A DNA stretch of 64,000 bases, taken from Myxococcota bacterium. Lineage in GTDB: Bacteria; Myxococcota_A; UBA9160; UBA6930. The number at the start of each line of letters is the position of its first letter. The stretch's first letter is position 1. The notes under the pieces were generated by a model, which saw only the letters and a program-made list of their open reading frames with translations, was not told the origin of the DNA and searched no databases. Shown piece after piece: positions 17,710-27,269 of the stretch. Position numbers and translations under genes: made by a program. Where the stretch lies: contig OZ245002.1 of the NCBI GenBank assembly GCA_965223415.1, forward strand, positions 3,392,001 to 3,456,000, given 5' to 3'.

Positions 17710-18678
17710 ATGAGGATCTTCCGTCCCGCCCCGATTCCCTCTTCCGAGATCACCTCGGAGAAGCAGTTCCGCGAGCGCCGCGCCTTCCTGCGCGCGGCTG
17801 CGGGCGGCGCCGCCGGCCTCGCGTTGCCCGGCTGCTTCGACGCCGGCGAGGTGGAGGCGGCACCTCGCCGCGAGCCGACGCCGCTCTCCGGCGTCGCTCC
17901 CGGGCCGAAGGAATTCCAGACCGACGAGCCCCACACGCCCTTCGAGGACGCCTCCTCGTATAACAACTTCTACGAGTTCGGCACCGACAAGTCGGACCCC
18001 AAGCGCTACGCCGGGAGCCTGCGCCCGCGCCCCTGGTCCGTGGCGATCGAGGGGGAGGTCGGCCGGCCCGGGCGCATCGACCTGGACGACCTGCTGCGTC
18101 CCCACACGCCCGAGGAGCGGGTCTACCGGCTGCGCTGCGTCGAGGCCTGGTCGATGGTGATCCCCTGGCTGGGGATTCCCCTGGGCGAGATCCTGAAGCG
18201 CTTCGAGCCCACGTCGAAGGCGAAGTACGTGGCCTTCGAGACCCTGGTCGATCCCGAGCAGATGCCGGGCCAGAAGCGTCTGGTGCTCGAATGGCCGTAC
18301 CGGGAGGGCCTGCGCATCGACGAGGCCATGCAGCCGCTCACCATCCTCGCCGTCGGCATGTACGGCAAGGAGCTCCCGAACCAGAACGGGGCTCCGCTGC
18401 GGCTGGTGGTGCCGTGGAAGTACGGCTTCAAGAGCATCAAGTCCATCGTCACGATCCGACTCACCGAGACCCAGCCCGTGACGACCTGGAGCCAGGAGAA
18501 CCGGCGCGAGTACGGCTTCTTCGCCAACGTGAACCCCGAGGTCTCCCACCCGCGCTGGAGCCAGGCGCGGGAGCGGCGCATCGGCGAGTGGAAGAAGCGG
18601 CCGACCCTCATGCTCAACGGCTACGCCGACCAGGTCGCCTCGCTCTACCGGGGCATGGATCCGAAGAAGCTCTACTGA
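17710..18678 (+). CDS. msrP: Protein-methionine-sulfoxide reductase catalytic subunit (Mo, Tat-exported)
   Basis: SEIT..RRAFL Tat signal, [50 protein letters not shown]. Confidence 0.96.
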   Translation: MRIFRPAPIPSSEITSEKQFRERRAFLRAAAGGAAGLALPGCFDAGEVEAAPRREPTPLSGVAPGPKEFQTDEPHTPFEDASSYNNFYEFGTDKSDPKRYAGSLRPRPWSVAIEGEVGRPGRIDLDDLLRPHTPEERVYRLRCVEAWSMVIPWLGIPLGEILKRFEPTSKAKYVAFETLVDPEQMPGQKRLVLEWPYREGLRIDEAMQPLTILAVGMYGKELPNQNGAPLRLVVPWKYGFKSIKSIVTIRLTETQPVTTWSQENRREYGFFANVNPEVSHPRWSQARERRIGEWKKRPTLMLNGYADQVASLYRGMDPKKLY

Positions 18679-19271
18679 GGAGAAGCGCCCTGCTGCACCG
18701 GGCCGTCGTCGGCCTCCTACTCCTCCCCCTCGTCGTCGTGACGGTCGGCGCACTCACGGACCGGCTCGGGGCGAACCCGGTGGAGCAGCTCACCCACGCA
18801 ACCGGTGAATGGGCGCTGCGCTGTCTGCTCCTCTGCCTCGCGGTGACGCCGGCGCGCCGCCTCTTCGGGTGGACGCGCCTGGCGCCCTACCGGCGGAGCC
18901 TCGGGCTGCTCGCCTTCACCTACGCCGTGTGCCACTTGGCCGTGTTCCTCGTGTTCGACCTCGGCCTCGACCCGGGCTTCCTGCTCGAGGAGATCGCCGA
19001 ACGTCCCTACGTCACGATCGGGTTCGCGTCGTTCCTGTGCATGACGCCGCTCGCCATCACCTCGACCCGCCGCTGGCAGCAGCGGCTGGGGCGTCGGTGG
19101 ATCGCGCTCCATCGCCTGGCCTACGCGGCCGGGGTGTTGGGCGTCCTGCACTTCCTGTGGCTGGCGAAGGCCGATCTCGTGGCACCGGGGGTCCACGCGG
19201 CCCTCCTGGCGCTCCTGCTGACGCTGCGTCGCTGGAAGTGGCCCGAGAACGCCGCGAAAACGGGGATCTGA
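18675..19271 (+). CDS. msrQ: Heme-binding membrane subunit of MsrPQ; start probably CTG (18675 or 18690)
   Basis: [44 protein letters not shown]...W..LHRLAY; directly after msrP. Confidence 0.9.
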   Translation: MRRSALLHRAVVGLLLLPLVVVTVGALTDRLGANPVEQLTHATGEWALRCLLLCLAVTPARRLFGWTRLAPYRRSLGLLAFTYAVCHLAVFLVFDLGLDPGFLLEEIAERPYVTIGFASFLCMTPLAITSTRRWQQRLGRRWIALHRLAYAAGVLGVLHFLWLAKADLVAPGVHAALLALLLTLRRWKWPENAAKTGI

Positions 19272-19336
19272 GCCGCCCCGGGAGCCCTCCGCGCGCGATG
19301 CCGTTATGATGTGGCCCGTTCATCCGAGGGGGAACC

Positions 19337-20437
19337 GTGGGTCGACATCCGCTCATCGAGCGCGCCAATGACAAGCTGGTGCGTCAGGCCAAGGGCTTCC
19401 AGGAGGCCGCCGCCCAGCTGACCGGCGACATCCTGTTGGCGGAGTACGAACGCGAGCGGGACGCCGCGCCGAGTCGCGCCGAGGCCGGCAAGAAGTACCT
19501 AGTCGCGTACAACAGTCGGCTCGCATCCGAGCCGAAGGCGGGACGCGAGGGCGAGCACCTCTGCATCGCGCTGGCGCGGCGTCACAAGGACGGCGGGCCG
19601 CCGCTCCTCATGGCGGACGAGGAGGGGCACTTCGAGGCCCTGCATCCCCTCGTTCCAATGCGCAGTGCCCCGGCCGACAAGGCGGCGGGCGCGGACGACC
19701 CGAACTTCGGCCTGGACAAGATCGATCTCGTCGGTCGCGGTCCCGAGGATCGCCTGGTCGCCCTCTCGACCCGTTGGCTTCCGCCCGACGCCGGGCGCGT
19801 CGGCACCGGCGATACGCCGCTGCGTGCGCTGCTCCTCGCCCTCGCCCACGCTGCCGTCGCGGAGGCGAACGCCTCCGCCCTGACCGAGGAGCTCGGTGCC
19901 ACCACCGAGGGTCCCTTCGCCGAAGGCCACCCGATCGTGCTGCTCGCCGGCAGCCCCCGCTACTGGGAGCTGTGCCGCAAGCGCGCCGCCCAGCGCGGGG
20001 CCGCCTGGATCCGCGAGATGGAGCGGCTCGCGAAGGAGCTCGGCGAGCTCGGCCTGCGGGTCGAATACGTCTCCTTCAAGATGAAGGAGACCCCGCCCTG
20101 GGCCTATGACGACGGCTCCCCCGTCCTCCAGTGCGAGCCGCGCATGGTCGAGGCCTGGGAAGCGAGCGCCGGCCGGCTCAAGCCGAAGCCGAAGCCCCGG
20201 CCCAAGCGGGCGACGGCCCAGCCCGAGAATGAGGTGGTCGAGGCGGATCTCAGCCGGCCCATTCGCAGCTACAGCCTGAGCGAGCACTACGACCCGGGAG
20301 ATCGCATCCAGCATCCGACCCTCGGTCTCGGCGTGGTGCAGGGTGCGGCCGGCCCCCAGAAGATCCGCGTGCTCTTCGACGAGGAGCGCCGCAGCACCCT
20401 CGTCCACGATCGGCCGGCCCCCGCTGCCAGCGTTTGA
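19337..20437 (+). CDS. Hypothetical protein: degenerate PD-(D/E)XK-like region plus C-terminal Tudor/PcrA-CTD-like domain
   Basis: Coding-like 366-aa ORF; KIDLVG..DRLVAL and GDTPLRALL segments; C-terminal YDPGDRIQHPTLGLGVV...KIRVLF. Confidence 0.6.
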   Translation: MGRHPLIERANDKLVRQAKGFQEAAAQLTGDILLAEYERERDAAPSRAEAGKKYLVAYNSRLASEPKAGREGEHLCIALARRHKDGGPPLLMADEEGHFEALHPLVPMRSAPADKAAGADDPNFGLDKIDLVGRGPEDRLVALSTRWLPPDAGRVGTGDTPLRALLLALAHAAVAEANASALTEELGATTEGPFAEGHPIVLLAGSPRYWELCRKRAAQRGAAWIREMERLAKELGELGLRVEYVSFKMKETPPWAYDDGSPVLQCEPRMVEAWEASAGRLKPKPKPRPKRATAQPENEVVEADLSRPIRSYSLSEHYDPGDRIQHPTLGLGVVQGAAGPQKIRVLFDEERRSTLVHDRPAPAASV

Positions 20438-20444
20438 GGCCCTC

Positions 20445-21926
20445 GTGACGCGCTTCTTCCCGCGGACGGTCCTGCTCCTCGCGGCGGCGATGCTCCTCGC
20501 CTGCGCCACGAACCCGGTGACCGGCGAGCGCCAGGTGATCTTCATGTCGCCGGAGCGCGAGGCGGCCCTGGGCCGGCAGGAGGCGGCGAAGGTCGCCGAG
20601 CAGATCGGGCTGGTGGAGACGCCGGCCCTCTCCGCCTACGTCGCCGATCTCGGCGCGAGGCTGGCCAAGCACTCGCCGCGCACCGACGTCCAGTACCACT
20701 TCGCCGTGGCGGACATGGAGGCGCCGAACGCCTTCGCGCTCCCCGGCGGCTGGATCTACGTCAGTCGCGGCCTGCTCGCGATCTGCAACAGCGAGGACGA
20801 GCTCGCCGGCGTGATCGGCCACGAGATCGGCCACGTCGCGGCCCGCCACTCCGCCAGCCGGGAGAGCCGCTCCATCGGCGTCGGGCTGCTCACCCTGCTC
20901 GGCGTGCTCGCGGCCGGCGCCGCCGGCGGTGAGGGCGCCGCCCAGACCGTGGCCCAGCTCGGGCAGGTCGCCGGCGCCGGCTTGATCGCGACCTACGGCC
21001 GCGACCAGGAGCGCCAGGCGGATCGCGTCGGCCAGGAGCTGGCGGCCCGGGCCGGCTACGACCCGGCCGCCATCTCGAGCTTCCTCGGGACCCTGGGCCG
21101 GGAATCGGCCCTGCGTGCCGGCGGCAAGCACCGCCAGCCGAGCTTCTTCGACTCCCATCCCATGACCGACGAGCGCGTGCGCAACACCGAGGCCTTCGCT
21201 GCCAGCCTGGGCCGCGCGAACGTGCCGCCCATCGCACCGGACCGCCCGGCGTTCCTGGCCAGGCTCGCCGGCCTGCCGGTCGGCCCCGACCCCGCCCAGG
21301 GCGTGTTCCGCGACGAGCTCTTCCTGCATCCGGGCTTCGGCTTCGCGCTGCGCTTCCCCGAAGGCTGGCGCACCCAGAACGGCCGGAGCGCCGTGGTCGG
21401 CGTCTCTCCCGAGCAGGACCGAGCCGTCACCCTCGAGGGCGGGCCCGTCACCGAGGCCCCGGCCGACGCCGCCCGTGCCTTCGCCCGGGAGCAGGGCCTG
21501 ACCCTCGAGGACGGACGCCGACTCCAGATCGGCGGCCTCCCCGCCTACCGAGCCCTGGCGCGGGTCCAGGCCCGCGGTGGCTCCCGCATCGTCCTCCTCA
21601 CCTGGATTGCCCACCGCAAGGCCACCTTCCGCATCACCGGCATCGCCGGCGGCCAGGCCACGAACGCAACGCTCCGCGAGCTCGCCGCCGTCGGCGCAAG
21701 CTTCCGCCCCCTCACCCGCAAGGAACGCAGCAGCATCCACGAGCTCCGCCTCCGCGTCGTCAAGGCCCGTCGCGGCGAGACCCTGCGCACCCTCGGCCGC
21801 CGCACGAAGAACGCCTGGAGCGTGGCGGAGACCGCCGTCGCCAACGGCCTCCCGGAGGGCGGGAAGCTTCCGGCGGGGCGGCGGGTGAAGGTGACGCGGG
21901 CGGTTCCCTTCTCGGCTTCGCGGTAG
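20445..21926 (+). CDS. M48-family zinc metalloprotease lipoprotein with LysM-like C-terminus
   Basis: LLAC-ATNPVTG lipobox, PNAFALPGG, HEIGH, E.QAD and SHP motifs; GTG start at 20445. Confidence 0.9.
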   Translation: MTRFFPRTVLLLAAAMLLACATNPVTGERQVIFMSPEREAALGRQEAAKVAEQIGLVETPALSAYVADLGARLAKHSPRTDVQYHFAVADMEAPNAFALPGGWIYVSRGLLAICNSEDELAGVIGHEIGHVAARHSASRESRSIGVGLLTLLGVLAAGAAGGEGAAQTVAQLGQVAGAGLIATYGRDQERQADRVGQELAARAGYDPAAISSFLGTLGRESALRAGGKHRQPSFFDSHPMTDERVRNTEAFAASLGRANVPPIAPDRPAFLARLAGLPVGPDPAQGVFRDELFLHPGFGFALRFPEGWRTQNGRSAVVGVSPEQDRAVTLEGGPVTEAPADAARAFAREQGLTLEDGRRLQIGGLPAYRALARVQARGGSRIVLLTWIAHRKATFRITGIAGGQATNATLRELAAVGASFRPLTRKERSSIHELRLRVVKARRGETLRTLGRRTKNAWSVAETAVANGLPEGGKLPAGRRVKVTRAVPFSASR

Positions 21927-22683
21927 GGGTTTCGCCGATCGCGTCGGGTTGGTGGTGCCGGCTTGGGTTGGGCTGGGACTGGGGCGGCCGTGGAGGTGCG
22001 GGCTGCCTTCTTGTCTGTGGGCGAGGAGGGGGCGCACCGGTTCGGGCGCGGGGCTTGGCCCCGCCCCGCTTCGAGACCGGATCGGCTTGGGGATCGGCCC
22101 CGCGTGCGGGCCCGCACCGGGCAGCCGGGCCGATCCTGGTCGAATGGTTGTTAGGTGTCGCCACGTAGAGAGAAGATCGCTGGATCATCTTCATGGCGCG
22201 ACGCCGATCCCCTTCGCAGATGGAGATCCACTTCCCCTCCTGGGGTGGGAAGCGCGACGGGGCGGGAAGGAAGCCGAACGGACAACGCAGGTGCGGAATG
22301 CCATCCGCTACGTGCTCCTGAACGCGCGGCGGCACCTGCGGCAAACGACCGGGGCCGTGCGGCTGGATCCGGCCTCCTCCGCCCGGTGGTTCGACGGCTG
22401 GAAGCGAGGGGCCTCCGAGCTGATCCGCGAGGCCCGGACCCGCCCGGGCGGCCCCCTCCTGGATCCGGCCGCCACCCCAGGTCGAGCCTGACCGAGCCTC
22501 CGATCCCCGAGCCGACCCCGCTTTCGAAGCAGGGCGGGCCCAAGCCCCGGGCCCGGCCCGGCGCGCCGTCCCCCAAGCCCACAGGCCAGGAGCAGCACCT
22601 CCACGGCCGCCTCCAGTCCAAAGCCGAGCCCAGGCCTCGCGTCGCCGATCAAACGCGATCATTCGTCTTGCGGAAACTGCTAC
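21923..22683. mobile_element. Non-autonomous element: RAYT-like transposase remnant inside long imperfect inverted repeats
   Basis: Arms about 21923-22097 and 22500-22683 are reverse complements (e.g. exact 17-mer 21983-21999 vs 22595-22611); ends read GTAG...CTAC; transposase fragments lie between them. Confidence 0.65.
22193..22491 (+). pseudogene. Internally deleted, frameshifted Y1/HUH (RAYT-like) transposase
   Basis: ATG 22193 gives MARRRSPSQMEIHFPSWGGKRDGAGRKPNG, joined out of frame near 22285 to TQVRNAIRYVLLNARRH...DPASSARWFDGW. These match my recollection of the N- and C-termini of myxobacterial RAYT-type transposases; no HUH motif between them. Confidence 0.7.
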
Positions 22684-23858
22684 CCCGCCCGCGCAGACCC
22701 CGGCAGCAGCCGCGCCACGGCCAACGGCGCCACTCCCAGCCCGACCGCCGCTCCGATCGCCCACGCGAGGGTGGCGTGCTCGAGCAGGGCGCCGACCGTG
22801 ATCGCGACCGCGGCGAAGGCAAGGCGGCAGAGGAGGGACTCGATGGAGAGGACGGTGGCGCGGTGGCGGGGGTCGGGGATGCGGCGGTTGAGGACGGCGC
22901 GCATGGCGACGGGGTAGATGCCCAGGGCGATGCCCTGGATGCAGAAGAGGAGGCTCGCCGCTGGGGTGTGCACGGCGGCGAGGCCGACGAACATCGCGAG
23001 GAGGATGAGGGGGAGGAGGAGCAGGATGCGCTCGGCCGCCGCGCCGGCGGTCACCCGGTGGGATTGCCAGGCGGCGAGGCCGCCGGCCAGGTTGATCAGC
23101 GCGAGCAGCGCGCCCCAGCGATCGATGGGCACGCCGGCGTTCGTGAGGATCGGGTTGTAGAGGAGGATGATCGCGGCGCGGATCAGCACGAAGACGCCGA
23201 CGCTGATGGCGATCCAGCGGGCGACGCCGGGAACTCGGCGCACGTTGCGGAGCGCGGCGGTCGTGATGCCCCTGGCGCTCCGACTCGCGGGGCCGCGGCG
23301 CTCGTCCAGCATCAACGCCAGCACGACACCGACGGCCTGGAAGAAGCCGGTCACGACGACGGCGGCGGTCGGGTCGCCGTCCTCGAGCAGGAAGCGGTCG
23401 GCGAGGGGGAGGCCCACGGCGGTGCTGATCAGCCAGGCAGCCTGGCCGGCGCCCTCGATGCGCGGGTAGTGCTGCTCGCGCCCCTCGGCGGCGAGCCGGT
23501 CGTAGAGGAGCGCGGAGTCGGCGCCGCTGACGGTGGCGGTTCCGACCGCCAGGAGGATCTCGCCCACGGCGAAGGCGGCGAAGCCGTGGGCGACGGCGAG
23601 CACGGCGAAGGCCACGACGTTCGCGACGGCACCGGCCACGAGCAGGGGCTTGCGGCCGAAGCGGTCGGCCAGGACGCCCGAAGGGACCTCGAGCACGACG
23701 ACGCCCAGGTAGAAGATCCCGCTGATCCACCCGAACTCGGTCGGGCTCAGGCCGCGCACCGACGTCGCGAAGTGGAAGAACCAGGGCGCGCTCAGCATGA
23801 AGCGCGTGCAGGCCCGGAAGGCCACGAAGACCGCGTCGCTTCGCCTCGCCGAGTCCAT
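22680..23858 (-). CDS. MFS transporter
   Basis: EVPSGVLADRFGRK, SGADSALLYD, RATVLS; about 12 hydrophobic segments. Confidence 0.9.
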   Translation of the reverse strand: MDSARRSDAVFVAFRACTRFMLSAPWFFHFATSVRGLSPTEFGWISGIFYLGVVVLEVPSGVLADRFGRKPLLVAGAVANVVAFAVLAVAHGFAAFAVGEILLAVGTATVSGADSALLYDRLAAEGREQHYPRIEGAGQAAWLISTAVGLPLADRFLLEDGDPTAAVVVTGFFQAVGVVLALMLDERRGPASRSARGITTAALRNVRRVPGVARWIAISVGVFVLIRAAIILLYNPILTNAGVPIDRWGALLALINLAGGLAAWQSHRVTAGAAAERILLLLPLILLAMFVGLAAVHTPAASLLFCIQGIALGIYPVAMRAVLNRRIPDPRHRATVLSIESLLCRLAFAAVAITVGALLEHATLAWAIGAAVGLGVAPLAVARLLPGSARAG

Positions 23859-23901
23859 GGCTGCTCCCTACCCTAGCTGGACCGAGGTGAGCCATCGGCC
23901 C

Positions 23902-24528
23902 ATGCGAACGTCCGCCCTCCACAGGCGAGCCACGACCGTCGGCGCCGCCGTCCTGGTCGGCCTCTCGCTCCTCTTCCTGGGGAAGGCCTGCGTTGCCTGG
24001 CCGCCCCGGGACATCGACGACCTGTGCGCGATGTTCGAGCGGCGGGAGAGCTGGCGGGAGGCCACCGCCCGGAGCCGGGATCGCTGGGGCGTGCCCGAGC
24101 CGATCCAGCTGGCGATCCTGCATCAGGAGTCGCGCTTCCGTCCCGACGCGCGGCCGGGCTGGCGCAGGGTGCTGTGGATCATCCCCGTCGGTCGCCTCTC
24201 CTCCGCCTACGGCTACGGCCAGGTGAAGGACGGGACCTGGTCGGACTACGTGCGGAAGACGGGCAACGACGGGGCCAGGCGCACCTCGTTCTCCGACGTG
24301 GCGGACTTCATCGGCTGGTACGGCGACGTGATCCACCGGGCCGCGGACGTGCCGAAGAACGACGCCTATCATCTCTACCTCGCCTATCATGAGGGCCCCG
24401 CCGGATTCCGGCGCGGCAGCCACCACGACAAGCCTTGGCTACTCGGTGTGGCCCGCAAGGTCGAGGCGCGCGCCGGTCTCTACGCCGCACAGCACGCAAC
24501 CTGCGGCGGGCCGGCTCTCACGCGTTAG
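23902..24528 (+). CDS. Lytic transglycosylase-like (SLT family) secreted protein
   Basis: AILHQESRF..DARP, SSAYGYGQ..DGTW, DFIGWY, LYLAYHEG. Confidence 0.85.
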   Translation: MRTSALHRRATTVGAAVLVGLSLLFLGKACVAWPPRDIDDLCAMFERRESWREATARSRDRWGVPEPIQLAILHQESRFRPDARPGWRRVLWIIPVGRLSSAYGYGQVKDGTWSDYVRKTGNDGARRTSFSDVADFIGWYGDVIHRAADVPKNDAYHLYLAYHEGPAGFRRGSHHDKPWLLGVARKVEARAGLYAAQHATCGGPALTR

Positions 24529-24552
24529 TCAGACGCGGAGCACGCGGTCCCG

Positions 24553-25764
24553 TCAGACGCGGAAGCGCCGGAGCTCGGGCAGTGCCCCCGCCGTGATGCC
24601 CACGGTCGCGAGGCAGGCCGCTCCGCCGAAGAGCACCGAAAAGACCGCACTGGTCAGGGCGGCCAGGAGGCCGGACTCCGCCCGCCCCAGCTCGTTGGAC
24701 GCGCCGATGAACACCATGTTCACGGCGCTCACCCGGCCGCGGAGGGCGTCCGGCGTGGAGAGCTGGATGATCGTCGTGCGCAGCACCATCGACACCTGGT
24801 CGGCCGCGCCGGAGAGGAAGAGGGCGGCGAAGGAGAGCGCGAAGGAGGTGGAGACGGCGAACAGCAGGGTGGCCAGGCCGAAGATCGCGACCGCAGCCAG
24901 GAGGGCGTGCCCGACCCTGCGGATGGGCGGCAGGAAGAGCAACAGCAGGGCCATGGTGAAGGTGCCGACCTGGACGGCGGCGGAGAGCAGTCCGTAGCCC
25001 TCGGGTCCGGCGCCCAGGATGTCCTTGGCGAAGACCGGCAGGAGCGCCTCGACTCCGGCGAAGATCACGGCGAACAGGTCGAGGGCCATGCAGCCGACCA
25101 CGGGCTGGCGGCGCAGCACGAAGGAGAGGCCCTCGCGCACTGCGGCCCAGCTGACGGTCTGGTCCGGGGCGGCGTGCACGCGCCGCCCCATGGCGGCGAG
25201 GGCCACGACGCTCGCGAGCATCAGCCCGGCCTGGAGCGCGTAGGCCGCGGCCGCCCCTCCGCCGGCGATCACGAAGCCCGCGACGACCGGTCCGCTCGCC
25301 CAGGCGGCGTTGCGGGTGGCAGCCACGACCGCGACGGCGGACGGGAACTGCTCACGTTCGACCAGGTTCGGCAGCAGGGCCGACGACGCGGGGTTCTCGA
25401 AGGCGTCTGCCACGGCGCCCAGCAAGGCGAGGGCGAAGAGCGGGAGCACGCCGCCGACCGGCGCCACGGCGAACGCCGCCAGCCCGAGGGCGAACACCGC
25501 CGCCGCACCCTGGGCGCGCTGGACGATGCCCACCCGCTCCCGGGCGTCGGCGATCGCGCCGGCCCACAGGCCGATCGGGAGCACGGGGAGGAACTGGACC
25601 AGGCCGAGCAGACCCAGCAGCAGGGTCGAGTCCCGGAGCTCATAGAGGTGCCAGGCGAGGGTCGCCGCGAGCCCGGTCTGGGAGATCCCTCGCAGGAAGC
25701 GGCTCACCAGGAAGGCCCGGAGCGCCCGGGATTCGAGGACCACGAGCGTCGGGTGGCGGGCCAT
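24553..25764 (-). CDS. MFS transporter (DHA3/EntS-like)
   Basis: LGLLGLVQFLP, LDLFAVIF, TPDALRGRVSAVN.VFIGASNELG. Confidence 0.9.
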   Translation of the reverse strand: MARHPTLVVLESRALRAFLVSRFLRGISQTGLAATLAWHLYELRDSTLLLGLLGLVQFLPVLPIGLWAGAIADARERVGIVQRAQGAAAVFALGLAAFAVAPVGGVLPLFALALLGAVADAFENPASSALLPNLVEREQFPSAVAVVAATRNAAWASGPVVAGFVIAGGGAAAAYALQAGLMLASVVALAAMGRRVHAAPDQTVSWAAVREGLSFVLRRQPVVGCMALDLFAVIFAGVEALLPVFAKDILGAGPEGYGLLSAAVQVGTFTMALLLLFLPPIRRVGHALLAAVAIFGLATLLFAVSTSFALSFAALFLSGAADQVSMVLRTTIIQLSTPDALRGRVSAVNMVFIGASNELGRAESGLLAALTSAVFSVLFGGAACLATVGITAGALPELRRFRV

Positions 25765-25868
25765 GGCCGGCTCAAGGTAGGGCGGACCGGCCATCGGCGT
25801 TCGTGGGTCGATAACCCCTCATTCGACGGGGCTCAGTGAGGTGCGGGATTCGGCCGAAACGTCTCTGG

Positions 25869-27260
25869 ATGCTGAGGGATCACTCCCGCGAGCTGGATCT
25901 GCTGCTGCAGGGGACGGACCTCCTGATGGCGGCGGGGGTGTTCGTGGGCCTGGTCTCCCTGGCGGGGGCCGGCGAGGGCTCGGGCCTGGCGCTGCTGCCG
26001 CTGGGGCTGGTGGCCTCCCTGGTGTGGCCGGTCACGCTGCGCGCCCGGGACCTCTACGCTTCCCAGCGGCGCGAGAGCCTGGACGGAATGCTTCGTGGCC
26101 TGGCGTTGGCTGCGGCCATCGCGATCCTGGCGGAGAGCACGGCGGCCTTTCTCACCCGGGCGCCGGTGCCCCGTTGGCTGCCGATCGCCTGTGGGATGCT
26201 GCAGCTGGTGGGCATCGCCGGCCTGCGGCTGGCGGTGCATGCGCTGCTCCGATCCCTGCGTCTGCGCGGGCGCAACTCGCGCAACGTCCTGATCGCCGGC
26301 AGCGGGCCCCGTGCCGCCTACGTCGAGGAGGTGATCACCCGCCATCCGGGCTGGGGGCTCTCGGTGATCGGCTTCATCGATCAACCGGAGGGCGGGCACA
26401 CGGCGGCCGTTCCCGATGAGCGGGTCTTCGAGCTGGAGCACATGGCCGAGCTGCTCCGCGACCAGGTCATCGACGAGGTGGTGGTCGCCTGCCCTCGCTC
26501 GAAGCTCGACCAGTTCCTCCCGGTCGTCGATCGGGCGACCGCCGCTGGCGTGCCCATCACCCTGCTTTCCGACATCTTCGGCGACCTGCTCCCGACGCCC
26601 CGGATCAAGCGCTTCGGCGCCCTGCCGGCCCTCTCCTTCGCGCCGGTCCATCACAACGTGGTGGGCCTCGCGCTGAAGCGGGCGCTCGACGTGGCCGGCG
26701 CGCTGCTGGGCCTCGTCCTGGCCGCTCCCATCCTCACGGCGGCCGCTCTGGCGATCAAGCTCACCTCGCCCGGGCCCATCCTGTTTCGCCAGGTGCGCTG
26801 CTCCCTGAACGGCCGCCACTTCGTGATGCCGAAGCTCCGTACCATGCAATCGGGCTCCGACGCCCGGAAGGGCGAGCTGGACGGGCTCAACGAGATGGAC
26901 GGCCCGGTCTTCAAGATCCGGGAGGACCCCCGCATCACGCCGGTGGGTCGCTTCCTGCGTCGCTACAGTCTCGACGAGCTGCCCCAGCTCTGGAGCGTGC
27001 TGAAGGGCGACATGAGCCTGGTCGGACCGCGCCCGCCGGTGCCCACGGAGGTGGCCTCCTACAAGACCTTCGAGCGCCGGCGCCTCTCGATGCGCCCCGG
27101 TCTCACCTGTCTCTGGCAGGTGAACGGGCGCAACGAGATCGGGTTCGAAGACTGGGTACGCCTCGATCTGGAGTACATCGACACCTGGTCGCTGGCCGGC
27201 GACCTTCGCATCCTCGCCCGCACCGTGCCCGCTGTCCTGAGCGGCCACGGCGCCAGCTGA
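25869..27260 (+). CDS. Polyprenyl-phosphate priming glycosyltransferase (WcaJ/WbaP-like)
   Basis: KRALDV, KLRTM, DPRITPVGRFLRRYSLDELPQLWSVLKGDMSLVGPRP, PGLTCLWQV, DLEYI. Confidence 0.93.
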   Translation: MLRDHSRELDLLLQGTDLLMAAGVFVGLVSLAGAGEGSGLALLPLGLVASLVWPVTLRARDLYASQRRESLDGMLRGLALAAAIAILAESTAAFLTRAPVPRWLPIACGMLQLVGIAGLRLAVHALLRSLRLRGRNSRNVLIAGSGPRAAYVEEVITRHPGWGLSVIGFIDQPEGGHTAAVPDERVFELEHMAELLRDQVIDEVVVACPRSKLDQFLPVVDRATAAGVPITLLSDIFGDLLPTPRIKRFGALPALSFAPVHHNVVGLALKRALDVAGALLGLVLAAPILTAAALAIKLTSPGPILFRQVRCSLNGRHFVMPKLRTMQSGSDARKGELDGLNEMDGPVFKIREDPRITPVGRFLRRYSLDELPQLWSVLKGDMSLVGPRPPVPTEVASYKTFERRRLSMRPGLTCLWQVNGRNEIGFEDWVRLDLEYIDTWSLAGDLRILARTVPAVLSGHGAS

Positions 27261-27269
27261 GCGCCGACC

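Noticed and set aside
21949..22491. The 180-aa ORF as an intact gene
   Set aside because: Its first half translates the inverted-repeat arm; only the last ~70 aa look transposase-like, and the matching N-terminus is in another frame.
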